From Octopus vulgaris (taxonomy: Eukaryota): a stretch of 64,000 nucleotides of DNA. A program made the translations under genes and the position numbers. The stretch covers positions 129,704,001 to 129,768,000 of the forward strand of contig OX597816.1 in assembly GCA_951406725.2 (NCBI GenBank). Reading direction: 5' to 3'. The notes under the pieces were generated by a model. It searched no databases. It saw nothing but the letters and a program-made list of their open reading frames with translations, and had not been told where the DNA came from. Below are positions 38,695 to 50,654 of the stretch, in pieces; the first letter of the stretch is position 1, and every line of letters starts with the position of its first letter.

Positions 38695-38969
38695 AAAGAT
38701 TTCTATATTCCACAGGTCTTCAAAATTGCAGAGCAACCAATAAAAAATGTCAGCATCTGTATTGCTTCACACAAATGGTGACAAGCAAAATACAAATATT
38801 CATGCACACAGACACACACACACTATGTGTGTGTGTGTCTGTGTGCACATATATATGTGCATGAATATTTGTATTTTGCTTGTCACCATTTGTGTGAAGC
38901 AATACAGATGCTGACATTTTTTATTGGTTGCTCTGCAATTTTGAAGACCTGTGGAATATAGAAATCTTT
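38695..38969. repeat. 114-bp inverted repeat (foldback) in EXOSC7 intron 1
   Basis: 38695-38808 reads as the exact reverse complement of 38856-38969. The spacer is a CA/TG microsatellite hairpin. Confidence 0.95.
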
Positions 38970-39003
38970 AAATAGTGTGTGTGTGAGTGTGTGCATGTGT
39001 GTC

Positions 39004-39357
39004 TGTGGGAGTGCTGGAAAGTTCCTGGCTTTAAATATTGTGAAAGGCCTGCTTCAAGACCCAACTTTCCAAGTTCTTTTATAGGGCTTAGAAAAACTGA
39101 AGGACTGCTGCAATACATGTGCGATTCCGAGGGGGAATATTTTAAATAAAATCATAACTAACTGATCCTCCTGTATTTTCTTTTACCCAAAGCCGAGAGA
39201 ATCAGTTAATTATGATTTTATTCAACATATTCCACTCTCAGATTCACACACTTATTGCAGTGGTTCTTCAGTTTTCTTAAAAACTTGGAAGGTTGGGCCT
39301 CTAAGCAAGCCTTCTGCAATACCCTTAAAGCCAGGAACTTTTCAGCACACCCTCATG
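39004..39357. mobile_element. Mariner-derived palindromic MITE
   Basis: TIRs gtgctggaaagttcctggcttt / aaagccaggaacttttcagcac. The two halves are diverged inverted copies. Confidence 0.7.
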
Positions 39358-39374
39358 TACATACACACACACAT

Positions 39375-39515
39375 ATCATCATCATCATCGTTTAATGTCC
39401 GTTTTCCGCGCTAGCACGGGTTGGACGGTTCGACCGGGGTCTGGGAAGCCAGGGGCTGCTCCAGGCTCCAGTCTGATCTAGCAGAGTTTCTACGGCTGGA
39501 TGCCCTTCCTAACGC
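39375..39515 (-). mobile_element. RTE-type 3' tail or RTE-related SINE fragment (also ~28760-28870, 34890-35065, 35830-36030)
   Basis: ctacggctggatgcccttcctaacgc motif with a (gat)n tail on the minus strand. Confidence 0.55.
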
Positions 39516-39749
39516 GGGTTTAATACAGATTCTGTCTTCAAGGTCCACTCACAAGGCATTGGTTGACCTGTGGTCGTAAAATAAACTTTTAATCATGCAA
39601 CCATGTCTGGTCATAATTTCAAGCCTTGCTAAAGAAACTGTAATGCTACTTTGGCATGTGATCTACAAGGGAGATTACCGTAAGTTACTATTTACTTTTT
39701 AATTTCTAAAAATCCATAAGATGTTGGCTAAAGATTTTTACAATGTTAT

Positions 39750-41270
39750 CATTGTAAGAGAGTTAACTTAGATGATATGCAGTTTGGGTTCATGCCAGGG
39801 AAAAGTACTACTGATGCTATATTCCTGGTAAGACAGCTGCAGGAGAAATACCTAGCCAAAGGTAAGCCCTTGTACCTGGCTTTTGTTGACTTGGAGAAAG
39901 CCTTTGACAGGGTCCCCCGATCCCTTATCTGGTGGTCAATGAGGAAACTAGGGATAGATGAATGGTTAGTGAGAGCTGTGCGAGCCATGTACAGAGACGC
40001 TGCTAGTAAGGTGAGGGTAGGCAACGAGTACAGTGAAGAATTTCGGGAAGAGGTTGGGGTCCACCAAGGTTCAGTCCTCAGCCCCCTCCTATTTATCATA
40101 GTCCTCCAGGCAATAACGGAAGAATTCAAGACAGGATGCCCCTGGGAGCTCTTCTATGCTGATGACCTTGCTCTAATTGCTGAGTCACTATCAGAACTGG
40201 AGGAGAAGTTTCAGGTGTGGAAACAAGGATTAGAATCGAAGGGCCTTAGAGTCAACCTAGCTAAAACCAAAGTCCTAATAAGTAGGAAGGTGGACCAACC
40301 ACAAACGACTTCAGGTAGATGGCCCTGCTCGATCTGTAAAAAAGGTGTAGGTAGAAACTCTATAAGGTGCACCAAGTGTAAGCTATGGACACATAAGAGG
40401 TGCAGCAATGTCAAAGGTAGGCTAACTGGGAAGATAGTTTTCGTATGTGGCAGATGCTCAGGAGCAATAAACTCTGGAAACGTGCAGAGACCAACATCTA
40501 CCACGTTCCAGGGAGAAAAACTAGAAGTAGTTGATAGCTTCCGCTACCTAGGAGACCAAGTCAGTAGCGGGGGTGGGTGTGCTGAAAGTGTAACTGCTAG
40601 AGTAAGAATAGCCTGGGCAAAGTTTAGAGAGCTCTTACCCCTGCTGGTGACAAAAGGCCTCTCGCTCAGAGTAAAAGGCAGACTGTATGATGCATGTGTA
40701 CGTACAGCCATGCTACATGGTAGTGAAACATGGGCCGCGACTGCTGAGGATATGCGTAAGCTCGCAAGAAATGAAGCCAGTATGCTTCGATGGATGTGTA
40801 ATGTCAGTGTTCATAATCGTCAGAGTGTAAGTACCTTGAGAGAAAAGTTGAACCTAAGAAGCGTCAGTTGTGGTGTACAAGAGAGACGGCTGCGCTGGTA
40901 TGGTCATATGACGAGAATGGCTGAAGATAGTTGTGTGCAAAAGTGCTACACCCTAGCATTTGAGGGAACCTGTGGAAGAAAACCTGGGACGAAGTGGTGA
41001 AGCACGACCTTCGAACTTTAGGTCTCACCAAGGAAATGACTAGAGACCGAGACCTATGGAAGTATGCTGTGTGTGAGAAGACCCGGCAAGACTAGTCAGG
41101 CCATAACCCGTGGCCCCTACCTGGGACGTAGTCAGTCCACCTGTGCATACCTTCCTTCTTGTGACACTTGTGAAGACCTGTTGAGGCAAGTGAAAATCAA
41201 AAAAAAAAAAAAAAATCAAATCAAAAAATCAAACAAAATCAAAATAGATGAACATCAATGGAATTTTGGA
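39750..41270 (+). mobile_element. RTE/BovB-like LINE, 5'-truncated, antisense within EXOSC7 intron 1
   Basis: ORF 39777-41000: QFGFMPGKSTTDAIF, FVDLEKAFDRV, GVHQGSVLSPLLF, YADDL, FRYLG, HGSETW, RRLRWYGH. Confidence 0.93.
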
Positions 41271-42149
41271 GTTTGAAATTTCTGTTGCTGTGTCTTCGGG
41301 TTTTAATGTCACACAATAGAAATGTTACAGACATTTCGCAGGAAGCAGAGATTCAAAGATAAATCAAGGGTTCTTTATGATCATGATATCGTGTTTACAC
41401 TAGGAAATTACTAAAATATTATATTACTGGATCTTGAAGAAAACAGAGCCATAAATATAGAACAGATATTCAGAATTGTGATAGCAAAAAGGGGCGAGGC
41501 TCAACGTGAGCAAAGTCTGCGATGCATTTTAATTCCTGGTTGAAGATAGTTTTTCTTTATGTATTCTACTAATGTACATTAGAATATAACGAGCTTGCCA
41601 TTATATCAAGAAATTCTACAAGCGTTTCCGCTATTTTCTCCCAAACCAAAAGGCGGGAAATTTAAGTACAGAGAGAAGTATTAGATTCTAATATAAACGG
41701 TAGTTGAAGGATAATTACATTAGAATAAATATACAGCAAATGAAAATAATTGTTGAAGTTCGAAATCTTAAGATTTAAGATAGAAATAAAATATTGATTT
41801 AATCTAAAATATAAACTTTACATAGATGTATATAAATTGATCATATTTGTTGTATTATATTAGTTGCTTGATATATCTTCTTCTAAATAAAGCATAATGT
41901 ATATTATGCAATAAGTATTATGTACAACAATGATAATGAAGATGATATGCAAAACTAAATTACGATTATATGAGAACAACACATGTAAACACATGGAGTG
42001 ATGTTTTGAAAACAAAATGAACACATGAACATGGAATGTGAGAAAACTATTTGAATTAAAGACACGATATAATAATAAAATAAATATATCTTATAGACGA
42101 TAGCATATTTTTCTTTTTTTTAAATAGAAGTTTTATATGGAAAAGTTAC

Positions 42150-42206
42150 CTGAATTCCATGAAGTATAAATGTTTTTTCGGCGTCACTCAACAACACGTC
42201 CGCCAT
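42150..42206 (-). CDS. EXOSC7: RRP42 exon 1 (start codon)
   Basis: MADVLLSDAEKTFILHGIQ|gtaac with ATG in AAAATGGCG context. The nine exons sum to 876 nt (291 aa + stop). Confidence 0.93.
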
Positions 42207-42531
42207 TTTTATTAACTTTGGTACTTTCTAATATCTAAAGAGCTCCATTAGGCAACTGAAGCTAATCTAATTTATTTTATTGTAGTTATGTATTAGTTTC
42301 CCATTCAAAAGGACGATATTTCTGTTTTGTCAATTTAATGAAAATCACAATCTATTTTATCTAATCTAATATTATTGAAATATTTTACATCATACTTGAT
42401 ATTATTTATGTTACAATTTGTATAAATTCTAGAACTGCATTGACCCAATGTTCATGTTAGTTACTGCTTCTCTGAAAGTTATTAGAGATATGTGGCGAAT
42501 TATAAAGTTTTTCTTTTGTTCTTACAAAATG

Positions 42532-42879
42532 GGAATTCTTTCGGTTTATGATCACAAACTGACTGTGGAAATTTTAACACTATTCGGCCAATGTCCAAGC
42601 GGTCGTGTCACTTTTTCTTTCTTCGAATTTCTATGCTTTCAACAACAGATACGACCCCCACCTCACCAAATGTTATTCAAATCTTATATTTACTTCCCTC
42701 TCTTCAATTTCTTATTTTCAATTTTTTGTGTATGTGGGTTGGTATTTTTGGTTGTGGGTAGGGATTCCACATTTGAAAATACGGAGATTGCGATTCTGAT
42801 TTAAAATTTAAATTTCTTTTGCTTTCGAAATATCAATGCCGATCACTTTCAAATTGTGATCATAAACCAAAAGAATGCC
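42532..42879. mobile_element. MITE upstream of EXOSC7
   Basis: TIRs ggaattctttcggtttatgatcacaa / ttgtgatcataaaccaaaagaatgcc, flanked by caaaatg / gaaaatg. Confidence 0.65.
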
Positions 42880-42969
42880 GAAAATGACAGCACGTTTAGT
42901 TTAGTGCATAAATAGGAGGGAATGAGACCAGATATGTAACTCTATGGAGAGCTGAATAGCAGAAGGTCT

Positions 42970-43910
42970 TCAGAGAAGAACCTCTCCGCTTCATGCAAGT
43001 ATTTCAGCCCTTTACCTCTTACATTCTAAGGGGGACCGGACCGCATCCAGGTCATAACTCTTGGATACCCACTCTGCTGTAACATTATGTGTTACTACCT
43101 ACATTGCAACCCTCCTGGATGGTTAAGGTACCCCAGAGCCAAAGTACTTTGGGTGTTGTAAGAAGTTCATGTCAGTTAACTGCGGGGTGGATTATGTTTT
43201 TGTAATTCACTTCCATTCTTCCTTGGCCTGATCTAGATCTTCTCAGCTACATCTGCCATTACCTTTGAACCCCTGATTCTCTTTCCACCCAGAAATTGAG
43301 AGTCGTTTTATGAGATCATAGTTAGATTTGCCCACAAAACTTCTCGCACCACCTATATGGCGAAGACTTTGGTTTGGAAGCCAGATTTTCTCAGTCTGAG
43401 GGCTAAACCGTCATACATTCCGGTCCTGCTGGTGTGGGCTTTCTCCATTCTGCTTTTGTAAGGATCAATCAGAATCATTTGTTTTGATGAAAGTAAGATG
43501 AGTACAATGTCCACGCTCATACCACTCTTGTTGATGATGTCTTCCATTCTGGAAGGTCTGTTGTGCACTCCCACTCATCCACTCCATCCAGTATACCCTA
43601 TTTTCACGATCCTATTGATACAATCATGCTAGACTACAATTTTGCCTCTGCTGGACTGCCCTCTGGATTTTCTTGGCATCCTTGTCTCCCCTCACGTCTT
43701 GAATTACCAGGTCCCTCTTTGACTTCCTTTTTGCCTAGGCCACTCCCCACCACATGTTATTGAGTCTAGTCTGTCTGTTAGTCTAAGTGCGTCCCACTAT
43801 TTTCCTGAGCTTGAGGCTCTTTGTTAAAGCATACACTGCCTACTAAACCTTCCATTTCCTACTGTTTCTAAGCTTGGGTTGGATTAATCTTACGACCTCC
43901 AAATTTCAGA
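42970..43910 (-). mobile_element. Decayed HERO-like (RLE-bearing) non-LTR retrotransposon 3' fragment
   Basis: Fragments DLVIQDVRGDKDAKKIQRAVQQRQ and DIVLILLSSKQMILI..PYKSRMEKAH...GFQTKVFAI resemble the RLE domain of R2-group elements. Many disruptions. Confidence 0.6.
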
Positions 43911-45122
43911 TTAAAAGACCCAGTTGAGAGAGAGAAGGGAAGAAAGAAAGAAATAGGGAAAAGATTCATTTCGCTGATTAAGTTGAATAGTGAAGATTGT
44001 TGTCAACCCTAATCAAGCAGACCTAACATATGGGAAAATAAGACTAAAGTATAAAATGTCTCGGAGTGAAGGAGATGTGGCTGATATTGCTAGCAAATTG
44101 AGAGACCACGTACAAGCTCTCACGTTGATTCCACTGAAGTTTGTACTTTAGCCCTAGATCTGACGTGATTAAGTAGACTTACGCTGAAAGACGCTACAAG
44201 CTATATGACCTTTTCATCTCATTACATCAGTAGCTACACTGTCGAATGTATCCTTTAAATCGTTTAAAGATAATGTGTGTGGGGCAGGGGCGGTTTCTTA
44301 AGGAATCTAGTTACTGTTTCTAGCAACGCCTGCAACGGTATTGAGGTTCACTTACTGGTTCGTTGTTATTTACAAGTAAATGTTCATTGGTCCGTTACCA
44401 TTCATATATTGACTTATAACATGGTGATAGGGACTAGTACAGGATCAACAACGAATCCACTTGCTGCTAATAACAGAGTATCATCAAGTAGTACACCGGA
44501 CATCAACAATGTTTTAGTCATTTAAATTCAGAACATCTTTATCTGGAAGGCCAATACTGCATCATCAAGATGCTATACACAGTAACTTTGGTATTCACCA
44601 CTATTTTCCCCTTACACAGGTTGAGAGTTTCCAGTGACAGGGACCAGTCACAGTCACTCACAGCACGTTCCTGGTGTAGTTCTGCATTCCTAACCTCTTA
44701 TAGCACGAAAGTTTCGCAGTCGTCAACCACTTTCTCCTGATTGCCACTGTACTCTTCACAGTTGTCATCAAGAGGAATTCACAGTAACCTTATTGTTGAT
44801 AGTGTAAAGCCTAAAAAAGAAAAATGCTTGGTCTAAATATAGTTTTTCGAGAAAGTTTACTGGAGACAATCCAGACCATTCATTAAAAATTTCCATACCT
44901 CTGTTATCTAGAGGTCTAGCAGTTATTGGTATGACTATGTTTCGTTGAAGAGGTTTAAGTTCGAAATATGTCCAGAATGTCATTTGCCTAAGATTCTGTT
45001 CGTTCCTCACTGCATGTTAGCTCAATTTAATTTTTGATTTTGGAGTTGTCTCCCTTGGCATTTTGTCTAAACTGAATTATCAATACTAAAGATTTTCTTC
45101 CCTTATTATGCGTGAAATTTTA

Positions 45123-45153
<31 letters not shown>

Positions 45154-45339
45154 CGTGCGTGAGTACTTGTCGCATTTGTAGGGTCTTTTCCATTGTTGTC
45201 ACAGTTATTAAAATTTAAAATTAGGTGAAATTTCCAAATATATATATGGTATATTGATGTAATTTTTCACGCCGAATGTGATTTTGTTATTCACTTGTTC
45301 CAAATTTTTTTTTTTTTTTTTTAAATGTTACAAAGTTTG

Positions 45340-45800
45340 AGTTTGCCTTTTATCCTATCATGGTCGATAAAATAAGTTCTAGTTCAGAACTGGAGTCGAT
45401 ATAATCGATTTAACCCCACTTCTGAAATTTGCTTGCCTTGAGCCAAAATTTGAAACCAATATTAAGGTATGTACAATGAAGCGAGCTTCGCAGATGGGCA
45501 AAATGCTAACCGGAATTTCGTCCGTCTTTATGTTTCCGCTAAGGTCGGCTTCGCCTTTCATCCTTTCGGCGTCAATAAAATAAGTACCAGATGAACACAG
45601 GGATTGGTGTAATCTACTTAATTCTCTTCCCCGAACTTTCTGGCTTTGTGCCAAAATTTGAGAACAGTATTTAGCTAATTTTAAGGATATGGGCGGAGGG
45701 AATCTTTAGCACGCCGGGCAAAATGCTTAGCGGCATTTCATCCGTTTTTACGCTCTAGATTTAAATTCCACTGAGGTCAATTCTATCTTTCATTCTTATT
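45340..45800 (+). mobile_element. Three adjacent SINE copies/fragments
   Basis: Repeated gcctttcatcctttcggcgtc...aagtaccag-type core; two carry ccaaaatttga tails. Confidence 0.75.
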
Positions 45801-46078
45801 TTATCGATCTCGAAAGAATGAAATTGAAAGGAAAATGATAATAGCTAATTATAAAGCAAAACCATAAATCGGCATTTCATATATTCCAATACCTCCCAAT
45901 TAAAATACAAATTTACTAATAAATTAATAGGGACATAGAAATCTTCTAATGGAGATCACATGAAACGATATTGAAAATATTTACATACACACAACGCACA
46001 CATACATACATACACATACATACATATACATATATGTGTGTGTATGTATGTATGTATGTATGTATGTATGTATGTATG

Positions 46079-46117
<39 letters not shown>

Positions 46118-46361
46118 TAGTTGAGTTTGAGGTTAAAAATAACTATCTAGGGGATAGAAATATCCATTGCACTACCGGTATATTACCTATATTTAACCAT
46201 GAACATACACATACAAACATATTATGTTAATAAGTTATACGTAAAGAGAAGGATAAACATGGGTTTATCAAGAATTAAAATTTAAAGAAAACAGATAATG
46301 GAGAAGTACTGCTTAACAACAATTGACTTCAATACAATTCAATACAAATAGACTGCATCCC

Positions 46362-46482
46362 ATCTAACAGCTGTTTCTGCCTCCAATGTTATATGGTATT
46401 GCCATTGATATTCAAAATATGTAAAAATAATAATCATATTTGGTAATAAAACCGATCTGAAACAAGGAGCTTCATCAGAATG
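46362..46482 (-). ncRNA. Penelope-type minimal hammerhead ribozyme-like motif (degenerate)
   Basis: Minus strand: TT-CTGATGA-AGCTCC...GGAGGCA-GAAAC-AGCT-GTT-AG, with a palindromic stem III. Confidence 0.45.
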
Positions 46483-46889
46483 AAGAATAGAGAAGAGCAT
46501 AGAGAAGAAAAAGGGTTGAATATGGTTGTAATCATACCATTTTGCGTGTGTGCCTCTTTGGGCCGTTAGGTAAAAGACTAAAACAAAGTAGCAATTGGTG
46601 GATTAATCCCTTGTACAGATGGGAAAATAATGAAAACAAAAATAATAATGGGATACGCCAATAGGTATTAGTAGGAGAAGGGGTGTGGATACAGCAAGGT
46701 TTTATATTAAACATAATAATCTATAATAGTTGTATTTGTAGTACTAATTAATAGTATTAATCATAATAAAGTGCTAATCGGTTAAATTCAATATATTTAT
46801 TTAGGAGTGGGTGGTTAAGTCCTTCCACCTGTTGTACGAAGTGAGATAGGCCAAGGTCCAACGTTCGATGTAACTGGTCAGTGAAATTT

Positions 46890-48260
46890 AAAAACAAAAG
46901 GCCAGCTATTGAGACCCCTCCATACTTTCTTCCTCTTTTCTTTTTCTCGGTCCCCCTCTCTCACATTTCTTGGTCTTCTCTTTCTTTAACTACTACTTTT
47001 CCTCCTCCTTTATCTTCCCTGTACCTTTCCCGTTGTCTCTTTGATTTTTTTCTAATCCTTCAATCCCGCTGTCCCCTACCCCTCTCTCCTCCTTCCACGT
47101 GACCGGTGTTCGGCTTGCCACGATCTTTCTTTCTTGGCCTGACTGCCGACCGCCAACATCTCTTAAGTCTATCTCCTATATTCCTACCTTAAGGCTTTCC
47201 CTTTATACACGTCAGCTCAATTTATTTTCGTCCTCAGTCGAAAGACACCTGTTGTTATATTCGTGTTGTTCATATTTGTAATTGTGTAACATAATCTCCG
47301 TTTTTTATCTCCGTTCTCCGCTTTTGTCGTTGTTTATACATTCGCTTGCTTTCTTACAAAAAAAAGCCTATGCTCTTAGCTTAGACTTTTTGGGAGGTAA
47401 CCAGATCGAACAGTCTCAAGTGTAACTGCCCGAAACTGTAAGGACATATGCTAACTTGACTGACGAAAGAAAGCCACGAATGTCCCGTCCTTTTCTTCCT
47501 GTCCTTCTAATTGTTCTTTTTTCCTGTCCGCCTTTGTATCTGTCCGGATGTTTTATTATCCTCTATTGCGTTTTTGTTCCATTTTTATATTTATATAGCG
47601 GCGTACGTACACTTTTGCTCACCTTACAGTAAGTATATATATATGCAAAACTGGGACAAGAACTCAAAAATCCAGACAGTTAGGTAATACAAAAAAGGGA
47701 CAACAAAACATCCAGATATTCGATACAAAGAAAACAAGGACGGGTCATTCGGAGTTTTCTTTCCTCAGTCGAGTTCCAGATTATCTTTGCAATTTCGGCT
47801 GGTTATACTCGAGATTACTCCAATCTGGCCAGCCCCAAGGAAAAACTAAGCTAAGAGCACAATTCCTTGGAAGAAAGCAGCGAATATATACGAAAACAAG
47901 GACGGAAAAAAAACGGGAGAAATGGTACACAAAAACAAATAACAGGACATTAACAACGGGTGTTTATCGACTAAGGACGAATTAAATTAAGCTGGCATGT
48001 GTGGAAGTAAAGCTTTACAGCAGGGATATAAGATTTGACAGGCACAAGGAGGAATATAGATGTTGCACGGATGGTAGTCGAACCAAGAAAGAAAGGTCAG
48101 GCTTGGCCGAACACCGGTCACGTGGGGAGAGAAGAGAGAGAGGTAGAGGCAGAGGGATAGAAGAATTAAGGAGGGGCGAGAAACATGAAATGGACAGAGT
48201 GAAGTAAAAGAGGAGGGAAGGTGAGCATGAAAAGAAGGCCAGGAAATGTGAGAGAGAGAG
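46890..48260. repeat. Two diverged copies of one repeat family in inverted (tail-to-tail) orientation
   Basis: cacgtgaccggtgttcggc (~47096) vs gccgaacaccggtcacgtg (~48106); gctcttagcttag vs ctaagctaagagc. The junction is in a TA-rich stretch at ~47600-47645. Confidence 0.75.
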
Positions 48261-48339
48261 AACGAAAGAACGAAGAGTAGAGTGAACGAAGTAAGTGTGA
48301 AGGGGCTTATAGAAAGAATGAAAGAATATGTCATAGCAT

Positions 48340-48845
48340 CTGTGAATGATGATGGGAGGATTATAAGTTGCTCCATGTTTTGAATATCACCATCTGTCCT
48401 CAGAGCATCTTGGAAATAAACATAATTTTAAGCCCTTAACTTTTCTTGATTATTACGAATGTAGAGGAGACGCTTACTCTCAACTTTAGCATACATATCA
48501 ACCAGGTGTTGCTGAAATAGATCACGATACATGTGTAACTGATTTGATTGTTCTGGTCATAACATCAGTTGGTAAGAACAGAAGTCATTTGACGACACCT
48601 TGTTGTTTATAATCGGCTTTCCTGTTTCAGGTTCAATTTGTGGAATATTAAAATGATACCCATCTTGTTCATTCGACAAAATAAGAGGATACTGGAGAGC
48701 ATCATAAGAGGGATGAGTTTCTGAAACATGTTTAAGGTTGTTATCTCCAGCACGAATGATAATACCACGATTTTCATGAGGATCACCTACCATAAGGATG
48801 GCTACTTCATTAGATGTGGGCTCATTAAAACGGCTCGTTAATTTC
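48340..48845 (-). mobile_element. Helitron Rep/helicase fragment (Helitron_like_N region), pseudogenised
   Basis: RFNEPTSNEVAILMVGD...HPSYDALQYPLI...LFQQHLVDMYAKVE..RLLYIRNNQEKLRA...IILPSSFT, with in-frame stops. Confidence 0.88.
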
Positions 48846-49007
48846 TGTAAAATTTTTTTCTTTATGCTTTGAAGAGAGCAGAAATTGAAAGAGAAGAGAA
48901 AGTGAAGGGGCGACACTTGCTTTGGAGTGAAAGCAGAAAGTGACCGAGAGGAAAAAGTGAAAGAGAGGAGAAAGTGAAAGATATATGTATGTATATATGA
49001 AATGGAC

Positions 49008-49057
<50 letters not shown>

Positions 49058-49611
49058 GAGAGACAGACAGAGTGCTCGTGTGTGCGTGTATGTGAGACAG
49101 AGAGAGAGAGAGAGAAAGAGAGAGAAAGAGAGAGAAAGAAAAAGCGACTGAGTATGTGAAGGTGTGTGTTGTCTTGTATGTTATTTTTTTGCACGTATGT
49201 GTAAGTGGCACTCACTAGGTCTCTCTCTGTCTCTCACACTCACACATTGTCTTTCATGTACACGCACGTAAATACATATGCACACATCTTTTTTGTATAT
49301 ATGTGTGCGTGTGCATGTGTGTGTGTCTGTGTGTGAGAGAGAGTGAGTGGCTGTATTTCCTCGTAAGATACAGAGAAATGGATGTCTTTTGTCGTCGTAG
49401 TATACACTGTTTACGATAGCTGACTTATATAAAATATTATATTGTTAAATTTATGTAATGCAAATATGTAAATATAAATAAAGTTTATTTGATAGCCGAA
49501 AGATTGCTGAATCTTTTGATACCCCATACCTCAAAATCGGCTACTCAGTTTTCGAATGCACAAGGAACATACGCACACACACACACATACAAACTCTCAT
49601 AGATAGATAGG

Positions 49612-49729
<118 letters not shown>

Positions 49730-50541
49730 TGTAACGATGAAATTAATTGTAGCGACATGTTGTAAGATGTGAAATATGAACAATGCATGAAGTTTTAAGG
49801 ATTGGTTCTTCGTTGATTGCCGTTATGTAAAGCTGAACGAACAGTGACTGAAGTTGTGAAGAAAATATTTATTTACCGTTACATCGAATATACCTTGCCT
49901 CGACGAGCAGGTGATAAAATCCTAGATCGTGCGAAGTAAAAAAGTTACTTTCGGCCTGTGTGTTCTTATTGTAGTAGAAAACCATAGAGAGATATGGTAA
50001 TGCGCAGAGAAGACAAAGTGAGTTAGTGAAAGTGAGAGAGTGTGGGAAGTTGGGTCTCATAGCTGCTGACAGTAAATTTCATTTCTCCCTTTGACCATTG
50101 TCTTTAGTAGCTGCCTTGCTCGTGATCATGATTCTAGAGTTCCACTCCCTAACTGATGGTAACTGTTTCTGACTCGAGTTTTCATTCATTAACTAACTGA
50201 TTGAGTTGTCACGAGCCGACTAACTCAGTTAGCACTAAGTGACTAACTAATTTTTGCTTGGGGTTCTTGCTTTTATATCTATCCAGAAGGATAGACATAT
50301 CGTTGAGAACAATGGATTTAGTTGGTGGTCTTGTTATCTTTATTCTAGCTTTTGGTGAAATAGAAGAGGTTAGAAAGGTCAAGTGGTGAAGACATTATTT
50401 CGGCCTAGCTAAGGCAATCTGGCAAATGTAAACTGTCACCGAAAAACTATTGTTCCACCGTGAGAAAAGTTCTGTTGAAGTGTTAATTTAAATTTGGCTA
50501 TGGTGGGTTGAATCTACTTCATGCTTGCAAGATCCACTACA
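49730..50541 (-). mobile_element. Probable solo LTR
   Basis: TG...CA ends (TGTAGTGG...CGTTACA on minus), TATAAAAG near 50270 on minus, flanks gata / gaca within (GATA)n/(GACA)n arrays. Confidence 0.45.
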
Positions 50542-50608
50542 GACAGACAGGCAGACAGACAGACAGACAGACAGACAGACAGGCAGACAGACAGACTGGC
50601 AGACACAT

Positions 50609-50654
<46 letters not shown>

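Noticed and set aside
44450-44800. Possible old RTE coding remnants (also ~54450-54720)
   Set aside because: Similarity is too faint to support without alignment.
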